Shown: positions 51,544-63,631 of the stretch, in pieces | Layout: each line of letters opens with the position of its first letter | Numbering within the stretch: position 1 is the first letter of the stretch | Source of the DNA: Malacoraja senta | Taxonomy: Eukaryota | Length of the DNA stretch: 64,000 nt | Assembly: GCA_038087875.1 (NCBI GenBank) | Contig: CM075997.1 | Location: 372,001-436,000, forward strand | Reading direction: 5' to 3' | Made by a program: the position numbers and the translations under genes | The notes under the pieces: model-generated | What the model saw: the letters and a program-made list of their open reading frames with translations, nothing else | The model's database searches: none | What the model was told of the DNA's origin: nothing

Positions 51544-52843
51544 GTGAGATTTAAATATCTTTATAAATATATAAACCTCCATTGTGGATTTTTAGTTCAC
51601 ATTTTTCATTTGGCTGCTGTCTTTCCTCATGTAATTGTACATTAATGCTATGTTAGGCGGTGTTTTTATGACCAGGTTTCAATTGTATTAATAATGTTTA
51701 AGAAAGAACTGCAGATGCTGGAAAAATCGAAGGTAGACAAAAATGCTGGAGAAACTCAGCAGGTGAGGCAGCATCTATGGACTGGAGCAAAGGAATAGGT
51801 GACGTTTCGGGACGAGACCCTTCTTCAGACTGATGTCGGGGGGGGGGGGGGCTTCTGTCTGAAGAAGGGTCTCGACCCGAAACGTCACCTATTCCTTCTC
51901 TCCATGGACCTCCCCCCTGACATTAGTCTGAAGAAATGTCTCGACCCGAAACGTCGCCTATTCCTTCGCTCCATAGCTGCTGCCTCAGCCGCTGAGTTTC
52001 TCCATTTCTCCAGCATTTTTGTCTACACAATTGTATTGCTGCCAATTTAAACAAGTATCCTGCTATTGTTGTGTGTGTTTGTGTGAGTGTCCTTTGTGAT
52101 GGATTCCTGCCTGCTTAGCTGGCACATGGATGAAGCCCTTCTCTTCATGAATACTGCAGCTCCTTTGTGCTCCCTGCCCTGACCCCAGCTGGATATATAC
52201 ATGGTGGGGGTGCGTGATTCTAGCGAGTGTAGGCCCATGTGCCGAGTAGCCCACAAGGGCTCAATGCCAACCTATACACTAGAGTCAGCCCAACTTGCCC
52301 ACGCCGACCAACATGCCCCATCCACACTAGTCTTGATTAGTACAGGTGTCAGAGGTTACGGGAAGAAGGCAGGAGAATTGTAATCATAATAATCATAATC
52401 ATACCTTATTAGCCAAATATGTTTTGCAACATACGAGGAATTTGATTTGCCAAGTCAGTCGTACTAATAGAAAGCCACAGAACACACAAAATACATTTTA
52501 ACATGAACATCCACCACAGTGACTCCTCCACATTCCTCACTGTGATGGAAGGCCAAAAAAAGTCGGAAGAGGGGTCTCGACCCGAAACGTCACCTATTCC
52601 TTCGCTCCATAGAAGCTGCCTCACCTGCTGAGTTTCTCCAGCATTTGTGTCTACCAAAAAAAGTTCAATCTCTTCCCTTCTTTGTCCTCCAGTGGTCGGG
52701 GGCCTCTAACCTTCTGTTGACGGGACGATCTTACTCCTATAGAGGGCGGCGGGCTGGCTACCGGAGTAAGATCCAGCTTTCATTTTACCTATTTTCATTT
52801 TTTGAAGTGTTTGCAACTAACTTTTACTGTGCTTTCCCTTTAG

Positions 52844-52963
52844 GGTGCGTCGGCATTATTCGACATGATAGAATATTACGAGTCGGCAACCCAGCTGAAT
52901 ATCTCCTTCAACAAGCACATCGGGACGCGGGGCTGGCAGGCTGCGGCCCACATGATGAGGAAG
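52844..52963 (+). CDS. PPP1R37: PPP1R37 exon 5
   Basis: TTTAG|GASALFDMIEYYESATQLNISFNKHIGTRGWQAAAHMMRK|GTACG. Confidence 0.96.
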
Positions 52964-53304
52964 GTACGCTCCACCTCTCGCCTCTTCCACCGCTTGCTCA
53001 TTGGCTTGCTTCCTTCCCCATTCCTTCCCTAAACCCCAGTGCTCTGTGGACAATACAGTCCGGGGGTCCGGGGTTATGGGGAGAAGGCAGGAGAATGGGG
53101 TTAGGAAGGAGAGATAGCTCAGCCATGATTGAATGGCGGAGTAGACTTGATGGGCCGTGTGTCCTGATTCTGCTCCTATCACTTATGATCTTATGACATT
53201 GCCACCACATGAAGCAGCACCAGAGTAGAATACCCAATGCTGATTTCATCCGGGCCACTGACAAGTCAGATTGGATTGAAAACCCAAGGCCTTGGAAGTT
53301 TATT

Positions 53305-53424
53305 TTTACCAATTTTCTTTTTTTTTTCAAGAGTTTCCAACTAGCTTTTCCTGTATGTTCCTTTAGGATGCGTCGGCATCATTTGACATGATAGAATACT
53401 ACGATGATGTGCTGAGTATCCTCT
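53305..53424 (+). pseudogene. Degenerate partial duplicate of the PPP1R37 intron 4 3' end and exon 5 5' half
   Basis: CTTTAG|GATGCGTCGGCATCATTTGACATGATAGAATACTACGAT aligns to CTTTAG|GGTGCGTCGGCATTATTCGACATGATAGAATATTACGAG; ~60 bp of upstream intron also aligns. Confidence 0.85.
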
Positions 53425-54069
53425 GCTTTTACTACAGTCTCCATTGGGATCACTGACCATTGCCCACCATCATCAGCCATGATCACATTGACAATAGACA
53501 ATAGGTGCAGGAGTAGGCCATTTGGCCCCTTCGAGCCATTCAATGTGATCATCCCCAATCAGTACCCCGTTCCTGCCTTCTCCCCTTATCCCCTGACTCC
53601 GCTATCTTTAAGAGCCCTATCTAACTCTCTCTTGAAAGTATCCAGAGAACCAGCCTCCACCGCCCTCTGAGGCAGAGAATTCCACAGACTCACAACTCTC
53701 TGTGTGAAAAAGTGTTTTTTTCTCATCTCCGTTCTAAATGGCTTACCCTTTATTCTTAAATTGTGGCCCCTGGTTCTGGATTCACCCATTGCATGGCGGT
53801 GCTGGCTTGAAGGGCCGAATGGCCTACTCCTGCACCTATTGTCTATTGTCATTTTCTGGCTCATCACAGGTGCCGTCATAAGCCCGTGGGAGTATTAATT
53901 GTCCAGTCTGCACCTGCCTCCAACTCACACAGCCGTCCCCTCCCAAGCTCACAAGGCAGAGTCTCCAGTCTTTGACATTTCCACCCTGCAATAGTTGTCT
54001 GCACTATCTATGCCGCTGATAATTTTCCATTCTTGGTTCTCGTTGTTCTCCGGCTCCTCCACGATACAG

Positions 54070-54220
54070 ACCAGCTGCCTGCAGTACCTGGACGCCAGAA
54101 ACACGCCGCTGCTCGACCACTCCGCGCCGTTTGTGGCTCGTGCTCTGCGGATCAGCAGCAGCCTGGTGGTCCTTCACCTGGAAAACGCCAGCTTGTCCGG
54201 GCGGCCACTTATGCTCCTGG
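54070..54220 (+). CDS. PPP1R37: PPP1R37 exon 6 (LRR)
   Basis: TACAG|TSCLQYLDARNTPLLDHSAPFVARALRISSSLVVLHLENASLSGRPLMLL-|GTAAG. Confidence 0.96.
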
Positions 54221-54448
54221 GTAAGGCACGACGTCTGGTCACGCTTCCTACCATCGGCGGGGGTGGGGGGGGCCCTGCTCTCCTGGCTTTGAAAGAAGGA
54301 AAGCCTTCAGTTCGACGGTAGACACAAAATGCTGCCGTAACTCCGCGGGACATGCAGCATCTCTGGAGAGAAGGAATGGGTGACGTTTCGGGTCCCGAAA
54401 CGTCACCCATTCCTTCTCTCCAGAGATGCTGCCTGTCCTGCTGAGTTG

Positions 54449-54778
54449 TGGCCCTGTCCCATGGTACGAGTTCATTCCAAGAGCTCTCCCGAGTTTGCCC
54501 TGATTCGAACTCGGAGAATTACGGTAATGGCCGCTCGTCGGTACTCGGGGCTCTCGTGGACATTTTTCAACATGTTGCAGAATCTTCACGAGTCTTCCCG
54601 TGCTTACCTGCCGTTAGCGAGTCTTCCCGAGTACTTGCCGTTAGCGTTACGAGCCGCTAAGAGACGTCCCCGAGCTCCGACGTACCCGCTACGTACATTC
54701 TCCGTGCTTACCACGAGTTTGATTTTTTTTAAGCTCGGGAGAGCTCTTGGAATGAACTCGTACCGTGGGACAGGGCCA
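54449..54778. mobile_element. Harbinger-type MITE family A, inserted into a Penelope repeat
   Basis: TIRs; splits the consensus CTGAG-TTA-CTCCAGC at its TTA. Confidence 0.82.
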
Positions 54779-55058
54779 TGACTCCAGCATTTTGTGTCTA
54801 TCTTCCCTTCCATTGACCCCATTTATAACTCGCGCTGCTGCGGCAAGGCCATCAGCATAATCAAGGACGAGACAAGCACCCGTAGTCAGGATCGAACCCG
54901 GGTCTCCGATGTTGCGAGGGAGCAGCTCTACCCCACTGCGCCACCGTGCCGCCCAAGTTCCTCCAGCATTTTGCATCTTTTCTCGGTGCAAACCGGCGTC
55001 TGCGGTTCCTCCCTACACAAACCGAGTCTCACTGTGAGCTTGCTCTTCCTCCCGACAG

Positions 55059-55214
55059 CAACCGCCCTGAAGATGAACATGATGCTAAGGGAGCTGTTTC
55101 TGGCCGACAACAAGCTGAACGGGCTGCAGGACTCTGCACAGCTGGGCAACCTGCTGAAGTTCAACTGCACCATCCAGCTGCTCGATCTACGCAACAATCA
55201 CATCCTGGACTCAG
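55059..55214 (+). CDS. PPP1R37: PPP1R37 exon 7 (LRR)
   Basis: GACAG|(A)TALKMNMMLRELFLADNKLNGLQDSAQLGNLLKFNCTIQLLDLRNNHILDS-G|GTACG. Confidence 0.96.
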
Positions 55215-56000
55215 GTACGCCGCCTCTACTTCCCCTGCCCCCCACTTCCACAGACAACAAGCAGTGTTTCACACCCACTAGTAATAGAAACAGTCAATAG
55301 GTGCAGGAGGAGGCCATTCGGCCCTTCGAGCCAGCACCGCCATTCATTGTGATCATGGCTGATCGTCCCCTATCAATAACCTGTGCTTGCCTTCTCCCCA
55401 TATCCCTTGATTACACTAGCCCCTAGAGCTAAATCTAACGCTCTTGAATACATCCAGTGATTGGCCTCCACTGCCTTATGTGTCAATGACTCTATGATAC
55501 TTTATTGTCACGTGTACCTCGGCTTCAGAAACAGAGGGAATAACCATCATAGGGATGTCATTAAGGGAATTCTTTAGGGATTGGACAGGCTGGATGCAGG
55601 AAAAATGCTCCCCATGTTGGGGGGAGTCCAGAACCAGGGGTCACACAGTTTAAGAATAAGGGGTCGGCCATTTAGGACTGAGATGAGGAAGAACTTTTTC
55701 ACCCAGAGAGTTGTGAATCTGTGGAATTCTCTGCCACAGAAGGCAGTGGAGGCTAATTCACTGGATGTTTTCTAGAGAGAGTCAGATAATACTCTTGTGG
55801 CTAACGGAATCAAGGGATATGGGGAAAAAGCAGGAACAGGGTACTGATTTTGGATGATCAGCCACGATCACATTGAATGGCGGTGTGGGCTCGAAGGGCC
55901 GAATGGCCTACTCCTGCACCTATTTTCTATGTCTCTATTTCTATGTCCTGCGAATACAATTCAGCATTGCCTGACAGATTGCACCGTGCTGTATCCACAG

Positions 56001-56113
56001 GCCTGGCGTACATATCTGATGGGTTGAAGGAGCAGAGACAGGGGCTCGTCACTTTGGTCCTGTGGAACAATCAGCTGACCCACAATGGGATGACCTACAT
56101 GGCAGCTGCCCTG
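56001..56113 (+). CDS. PPP1R37: PPP1R37 exon 8 (LRR)
   Basis: CACAG|(G)LAYISDGLKEQRQGLVTLVLWNNQLTHNGMTYMAAAL|GTGAG. Confidence 0.96.
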
Positions 56114-56374
56114 GTGAGTTAAAATGGGCACTGATGTAACCTTCACTGTCTTCTGCCCTTGCATTGTCAAACCGTCCACGAATGTGAAGCATCTGTGATC
56201 ATGACCTTGCTTTCTTTTGCCCTCAGCTTTGGTTGCACTTTTTAATATCAACCTGAACATTTAAAATACCTTTGACGCTGGTTATGAAGGATTTGCCTTT
56301 GCAAACTAATCAAACGCTGAAGCCAAGGTTACAGACCGCCATCTTCTGCTGTCTTACAGACAATCTTTTCAGCA

Positions 56375-56845
56375 GATTCCCGGGGTGGCGGGACTGTCAT
56401 ATGCTGAGAGAATGGAGCGACTGGGCTTGTATACACTGGAATTTAGAAGGATGAGAGGGAATCTCATTGAAACATATAAGATTATTAAGGGTTTGGACAC
56501 GCTAGAGGCAGGAAACGGGTTCCCGATGTTGGGGGAGTCCAGAACCAGGGGCCACACAGTTTAAGAATAAGGGGTAAGCCATTTAGAACGGAGATGGGGA
56601 AACACTTTTTCTCACAGAGAGTTGTGAATCCGTGGAATTCTCTGCCTCAGAGGGCGGTGGAGGCCAGTTCTCTGGAAACTTACAAGAGAGAGCTAGATAG
56701 GGCTCTTAAAGAGAGCGGAGTCAGGGGATATGGGGAGAAGGCAGGAACGGGTTACTGATTGGGGATGATCAGCCATGATCACATTGAATGGCGGTGCTTA
56801 CTCGAAGATCCGAATGGCCTACTCCTGCACCTATTGTCTATTGAA
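56375..56845 (+). mobile_element. CR1 LINE 3' fragment (another at ~55575-55945)
   Basis: IPG..LSYAERMERLGL.., 3'UTR and tail. Confidence 0.88.
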
Positions 56846-57522
56846 TTGTTTTTTGACAAATTAAATGGCTTCAGTGTACCAGACTTCTGCTAATTCCCCC
56901 TTTTTTCCTTATCCTGTTTCCCTGGTGTTTGGATCATTCGATGAACAGGTTGACTGGACCTGCTTTGTAAAGCCCCTTGCGATGTTAGGGGGGCTGACAC
57001 AGTGGAGCAACAGTCGAGCCGCTGCCTCACAGCGCCAGAGACCCGGGTTCAATCCTGACCTCCGGTGCTGTCTGTGGAGCTTTTACATTATCCCTGTGAC
57101 CACGTGGGTTTCCTCCGGGTGCTCCGGTTTCCTCCCACATCCCCAAAACGTGCGGGTTTGTAGGTTAATTAAATTGATGGGAATGCCTGGAGAATGAAGT
57201 GGGATTAGTGAAGGATTGGTGTTGATGGACAGTGCAGACTCGCTGGGCCGAAGGGCCTTTCTCTTAGGGCGACACAGTGAGGCAGTAATAGAGTTGCACC
57301 TCACAGCGCCAGAGACTTGGGTTCGATCCTGACTAATGGTGCTGCCTGCATGGACAACGTACGTTCTCCCTGTGACTGCGGCTTTTCTCCGGGTGCTCCA
57401 GTTTCCTCCCATACTCCAAAGTCGTACAAATTTGTCGGTTGATTCGCTTTGGTAAAATTGTAAATTGTCCCTAGTCTGTAGGATAGGGGTGTGAGCGATC
57501 ACTGGTTGGCATGGACTAGATG

Positions 57523-58564
57523 TAGCAATGTTACCAAATTTTGAGATTTTAAAAATCAAGTCTGTAATTTATCACATAAGATAAAGCATAAAAATAAGTT
57601 TAATTTGACACCTAATTCACTTTCATATCTTCAGTATTAAAAAGGTTATGGCTATTTTCATACTCGGAAATTAGCATCTTGTTCCCTATTGCTTTTCCAT
57701 TGACTTAACACAAAAGCTGTGATCGAGGACAGTCAAAAGCCCATAACTTTCTTAAAAATTAAGAGAACTGAGAGAAATTTTCAGTTATTATAGATTGAAG
57801 CATTCTGAAACAAATATGAAACAATCTTACTTGGATGACATGAAAGTAAAGCATATAATTAGTTAGTTACCTAATTGTAGCTAATTACAAAATTCAATTA
57901 CTAGATCTAAACATCTATCAATTTCTTAAGAATAGATTAACATTTTTAAATAGCCTAAGTGTCCAAATAACATTCACACAAGAATTCACAATATAACATA
58001 ATTTTTTTATCTCATTGTCATGGATTTACAGGCCAAATGGAAGAAATTGAATGTTTAATACCTGTAAATTAATGGGCATTTATATCATCTTGCGAATGGG
58101 GATTTCTGGAACGCGATCATTTGGAACGTTCATTTGCGGTGAATTTAACCCCGTATTGGCATGAAAATTATTGCCGTTAGTTCGGGGGAAAAAATCACCG
58201 TGTCGCATGTAAAAATGTGAATTAAAGGCCTCTTAAGGAGACCGTTTATACATAAAAATAAAGCACTTTCGTTTACCTGTCCCGTGTGTGAAATCCGTCC
58301 CCGTTGTTGGCGTTGACGGGTTCAGAAGATGATTTAAAAATGATTCCAACGCTGAACTTGTCGGGAGATTTTTAAAACTAAATACCCAAAACGCCCCTCG
58401 GAACGATTCTTCTGCAAAAGCTTGTACTCCAACAAAATATAATTCAGGACAAGGTAGGAGAAACCGCGTTTTAACCCCGCCCCCCCCTTAAAGGCGCCAA
58501 AATCGCGCACACGGCCAGTGGCAGAATTACAGCGCTACTGAAGGCAAGTATTGTAACATGCCTA
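57523..58564. mobile_element. Unclassified ~1.04 kb non-autonomous TIR element inserted into a V-SINE
   Basis: Ends TAGCAATGTTAC / GTAACATGCCTA (imperfect TIR); CTAGATG duplicated at 57516-57522 and 58565-58571; SINE resumes after it. Confidence 0.75.
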
Positions 58565-58694
58565 CTAGATGGGCTGACGCGTCTGTTTCCGCGCTGTGTC
58601 TCTAACGATGTTAGATACTCCCAAGTGAATTACCTTCTCCTCCTTCCTGAAGAAATCGCATATCCCTAGCTCAAGTTAATAGCTGCTCCAGTAA

Positions 58695-58898
58695 AGGCCC
58701 TGTCCCACTTTCACGACCTAATTTTCGACCTTTTTTACTCGTGGACATTTTTCATCATGTTGAAAAAACGCCCCGACCTACTTGATGCCACGAGTACCTA
58801 CGACTAGCATCACGACCTCCTACGATCTCGTGACGACCATGCTGCGAGTATGTGTCAAGGGCAAACTCGGCAGAGGTCGTGAAAGTGGGACAGGCCCT
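58695..58898. mobile_element. PIF/Harbinger-type MITE family B
   Basis: TIR AGGCCCTGTCCCACTTTCACGACCT / AGGTCGTGAAAGTGGGACAGGCCCT; TAA TSD. Confidence 0.85.
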
Positions 58899-59043
58899 TA
58901 AGTCTTTCATTGAATTACAGAATTTCAGGCTTTATTTTCAGTGCTTCAAATGGACTCCAAGTGGGAAGGTTTTCATAGCAATGTCAACAAACATAAGTTG
59001 GATTTAAACCAGATTCCTTTTATTCAATTGTTTCTTCCCTCAG

Positions 59044-59185
59044 CCTTACACATTGAGTTTGGAGACATTAAATCTTGGTCACAATTCTATCGGGAACGAA
59101 GGCGTGCATAAATTAAAGGATGGATTGATTGCAAACAGGTCGGTGCTGCGGTTGGGATTGGCATCTACAAAGCTCACCTGTGAAG
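59044..59185 (+). CDS. PPP1R37: PPP1R37 exon 9 (LRR)
   Basis: CTCAG|PYTLSLETLNLGHNSIGNEGVHKLKDGLIANRSVLRLGLASTKLTCE-G|GTAAG. Confidence 0.96.
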
Positions 59186-59654
59186 GTAAGGACCACAAAG
59201 CTCACCTACGAGAGTCTTGATGAATGCTGGTGCTGAACGTGACTGGAAAATAAGATCTTTGATTACTTCTGACATATTGGTCGATTTGAGATTGGTTGAG
59301 ATGAAATCATTTGGTGGATAGATGTTGATGACGCTGCTAGTTGTACCGCAGTGTCTGAGGTTTTTCCCAATCCTTGTCAATGTTGACTTGGTTTGAAGAG
59401 CTTCAGAGAGAGGTTGCAGTTTCTCCAGAGCCACAGCGGGCCGAGTTGCTGCCTCACAGCGCCAGAGACCCAGGTGCCATCCTGAGCATGGGCGCTGTCT
59501 GTACAGAGTTTGTCCGTTCTCCCCGTGACCTGCGTGGGTTTTCTCCCAGATCTCCGGTTTCCTCCCACACTCCAAAGACGTACCGGTTTGAAGATGAGTT
59601 GGCTTGGTTATAATCTCTATTGTCTCTAGAGTGTGTAGGGCAGGGTTAAGTAAG

Positions 59655-60130
59655 GAAGTTAGTTAGTTTATTGGCCAAGTATTCACATACAAGGAATTTG
59701 CCTTGGTGCTCCGTCCACAAGTAACAACATGACATACAGTGACAGTTACAAATGACTCAGAAAACACTAAAAATTAATAATAATAAAACATTAATGATAA
59801 AACACCATTGATCAAGCAGATGAACCAACAAAATACCAGATCAAAGGGAGGCTACAGATTTTTGGCTATTGAGTAGAACAACTACTCGTGGATAAAAACT
59901 GTTTTTATGTCTGGCTGTGGCAGCTTTGACAGTCCGGAATCGCCTTCCAGAGGGAAGTGATTCAAAGAGTTTGTGGCCAGGGTGAGAGGGGTCAGAGACG
60001 ATCTTGCCCGCTCGCTTCCTGGCCCTTGCAGTGTACAGTTCATCAATGGAGGGAAGGTTGCAGCCAATAACCTTCTCTGCTGATCGGACGATTCGCTGCA
60101 GCCTCCACCAGGTGTCGTGCTTGGTGGCTG
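59655..60130 (-). mobile_element. Rex1/Babar LINE 3' fragment
   Basis: RLQRIVRSAEKVIG..DPSHPGHKLFESLPSGRRFR..RHKNSFYP. Confidence 0.85.
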
Positions 60131-60619
60131 GTTCGGCGTGGACTCGTTGGTCCGAAGGGCCTATTTCCGTGCTGTATCTCCAAACTAAACCAAACGAGAA
60201 GGTAGACAAAAAATGCTGGAGAAACTTAGCCGGTGAGGCAGCATCTATGGAGAGAAGGAATTGGCGACGTTTCGGGTCAAGACCGTGAAGTGTGAAAACG
60301 CACACCTCCAGATTCAGGGCCGATTTCTTCCCAGCTGTTATCAGGCAACTGAATCATCCTACCACGACTAGAGAGCAGTGCTGAACTACTATCCACCTCA
60401 TTGGAGACGTACAAACTATCTTTGATCGGACTTTACTGGCTTTACCTTGCGCTCAACATTATACCCTTTATCCTGTATCTATACACTGTGCATGGCTCGA
60501 ATCGAGCCATGCACAGTGTAAAGATGCAGTATAAAGGGAATAACGTTTTGTGCAAGGTAACGACAGAAAAGTCCGATCAAAGATAGTCCGAGGGTCTCTA
60601 ACGAGGTCGATTGTAATCA

Positions 60620-61100
60620 TATAACCATATAACAATTACAGCACGGAAACAGGCCATCTCGGCCCTTCTAGTCCGTGCCGAACACTTACTCTCACCTAGT
60701 CCCATCTACCTGCACTCAGACCATAACCCTCCATTCCTTTCCTGTCCATATACCTATCCAATTTATTTTTAAATGATAAAAACGAACCTGCCTCCACCAC
60801 TTCCACTGGAAGCTCATTCCACACAGCTACCACTCTCTGAGTACAGACGTTCCCCCTCATGTTACCCCTAAACTTTTGTCCCTTAATTCTCGAATCATGT
60901 CCTCTTGTTTGAATCTTCCCTGCTCTCAATGGAAAAAGCTTATCCACGTCAACTCTGTCTATCCCTGTCATCATTTTAAAGACCTCTATCAAGTCCCCCC
61001 TAACCTTCTGCGCTCCAAAGAACAAAGACCTATCTTGTTCAACCTTTCTCTGTAACTTAGGTGCTGAAACCCAGGCAACATTCTAGTAAATCTTCTCATG
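60620..61100 (-). mobile_element. CR1 LINE 3' fragment, divergent family with (GGTTATAT) tail
   Basis: RGDLIEVFKMM..TRGH..QRVVAVWNELP. Confidence 0.85.
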
Positions 61101-61205
61101 TACTGTCTTTCCGCTGGCTGGTTAGCATACAACAAAAAGGCTTTTCACTGTACCTCGCTACACGGGATAATAAACTAAACGTAACCAATGCTGTTCTTTC
61201 CCCAG

Positions 61206-61372
61206 GTGCCGTGGCCGTGGCGGAATTCATCGCCGACAGTCCCCGCCTGCTCCGGCTGGACCTGCGCGAGAATGAGATCAAGACCGGTGGGCTTATGGCT
61301 CTCTCACTGGCTCTCAAAGTCAACCATTCGCTGCTGAGGCTCGACCTGGACAGGGAGCCCAAGAAGGAAACG
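61206..61372 (+). CDS. PPP1R37: PPP1R37 exon 10 (LRR)
   Basis: CCCAG|(G)AVAVAEFIADSPRLLRLDLRENEIKTGGLMALSLALKVNHSLLRLDLDREPKKET|GTTGG. Confidence 0.96.
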
Positions 61373-61448
61373 GTTGGTGTTTGCCGAAATCTCCATTATA
61401 AAACTGTCTTTGCTGTCCTTGCGGAGTTAGCACGCGTTCTCCCCGTGA

Positions 61449-61995
61449 CATAGAAACATAGAAAATAGGTGCAGGAGTAGGCCATTCGTCCCTTCGAGCC
61501 TGCACCGCCATTCAATATGATCATGGCTGATCATCCAACTCAGTATCCTGTACCTGCCTTCTCTCCATACCCCCTGATCCCTTTAGCCACAAGGGCCACA
61601 TCTAACTCCCTCTTAAATATAGCCAATGAACTGGCCTCAACTACCTTCTGTGGCAGAGAATTCCACAAATTCACCACTCTCTGTTGTGTGAAAAATGTTT
61701 TTCTCATCTCGCTCCTAAAAGACCTCCCCCTTATCCTTAAACTGTGACCCCTTGTTCTGGACTTCCCCAACATCGGGAACAATCTTCCTGCATCTAGCCT
61801 GTCCAACCCCTTAAGAATTTTGTAAGTCTCTATAAGATCCCCCCTCAATCTTCTAAATTCTAGAGAGTGCAAGCCGAGTCTTTCCAGTCTTCTTATGAAA
61901 GTCCTGCCATCCCAGGAATCAGTCTGGTGAACCTTCTCTGTACTCCCTCTATAGGCAAGAATGTCTTTCCTCAGATTAGGAGACCAAAACTGTAC
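61449..61995 (-). mobile_element. CR1 LINE 3' fragment
   Basis: RRLRGDLIETYKILKGLDRLDAG..KAGTGY. Confidence 0.9.
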
Positions 61996-62051
61996 GCGTG
62001 GGTTTCCTCCGGGTGCTCCGGTTTCCTGCCGCATCCCAAAGACGAGCGGGT

Positions 62052-63305
62052 TTAGAATAGAATAGAATAGAATAGAATAGAATAGAAACTTTATTTGCCA
62101 CACGACCAAGGTTGGTGGTATTTGGGTTCGGTACATGATGGCACACTGCTTTAGCACATTAACACTAATAACAACACAGATCATAATAATAAAGCACATC
62201 ACAAATCTCACCAACAATACATAGTGCAAAAGAACAGACAAAAACCATAGACAAGACACTGTATACATCAAAGTCAAAAAGTTATTGGAGGGAATTAAGT
62301 GTTCTTATTGCTGAGGGGAAGAAACTGTTTTTAAAACGGGTGGATTTTGTAGCAAGTGACCTAAGGCGCCTCCCTGAAGGGAGAGACTGGAAAAGGTGGT
62401 TTGCTGGATGGGAGGGGTCCGAGATGATCTTTGTTGCCCGTTTTGAGGTACGTTGGATGTAAATGGAATGGATTGAGGGGAGGGGAGAGTTGATGATCCT
62501 AGAGGCCTTGGAGACAATGCGCTGTATTCTGTGTAGTGAATGACTGTCAGTGTTTCCTTACCAGACTGTGATTGAGGAGGTGATGATGCTTTCAATGATG
62601 GATTGATAGAAGCGTACCAGGAGGTGTTTGTGGACTCTGAACTTCTTGAGCTGTCTGAGGAAGTATAGGCATTGTTGTCCTTTCTTAATGATGTGGTCAG
62701 CATTGATGTGCCATTTTCGATTATTGCAGATATAGGTGCCCAGAAACTTAAATAAGTTCGTGGAGGTTATGGGATGGGAGTTGACATGGACCGGGGGTTT
62801 GAGGTTTTGTTTGCGTCTGAAATCTATGATGGTTTCTAAGGTTTTTGAGGTGTTAAGCTGGAGGTTGTTGTCTGCGCACCATTTGACTGCGCTGTCCACT
62901 GTTTGATGGTATTGTGATTCATTGTTGTCTGAGATGAGGCCAATTATTGTCGTGTCGTCTGCATATTTGAAAATTTTAACTGAGCTGCATTGGGATGTGA
63001 GGTTGTTGGTGTAAAGTGAGAAGAGCTGAGGTGACAGAACGCACCCTTGAGGGGCTCCTGTGTTGAGAGTCAGAGGGCTGGAGAGTTTTTCACCCACCTT
63101 GACTCTTTGTTGTCTGTTTGTCAGAAAATGTAAAATCCAATGGCACATGGCTAGGTGAATGCCCATGTCCAACAGTTTATTGTAGAGTTTAATTGGGTGT
63201 ATAGTATTAAAGGCCGAGCTAAAATCTATAAACAGGATGCGTGCATAAGTGTTCGGTGATTCCAAATGATGTAGGGAGTAGTGAAGAGCTAGGTTGATAG
63301 CATCC
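62052..63305 (-). mobile_element. Rex1/Babar LINE RT region with (TTCTA)n tail
   Basis: YARILFIDFSSAFNTI, TGAPQGCVLSP, KYADDTT, LYFLRQLKK, FYQSIIESI. Confidence 0.9.
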
Positions 63306-63631
63306 TCTGTTAATCGGCCCCTCTGTAAATTGTCCCCCTAGTGAGTAGTGAGCGGGTGAGAAAGCGGGACGATGTACAACTAATGTGAACGGGTGATCAA
63401 CGGTCGGTGTGGACTCGATGGGCAGAAGGGCCTGTTTCCACACTGTCAATCAATAAATCAAATTGAAGCACTACTCACTGAAGCCCATAAAATATTTCTT
63501 CTATCTCGTTAAATGCATGTGACCACAGACTCACCAACGTCGACGCACACTATATATAACCTGTAGATTGAATTTGAAATAGAATTCAAGGGCTGACGCT
63601 GTGAATGAAAGCCCCGTTCTTTTCTACGCAG

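Noticed and set aside
53416..53423. GTATCCTC as a U12 donor for the duplicated exon
   Set aside because: Explained by drift from the exon 5 sequence GAATATCTCC; I saw no matching U12 branch box before exon 6.
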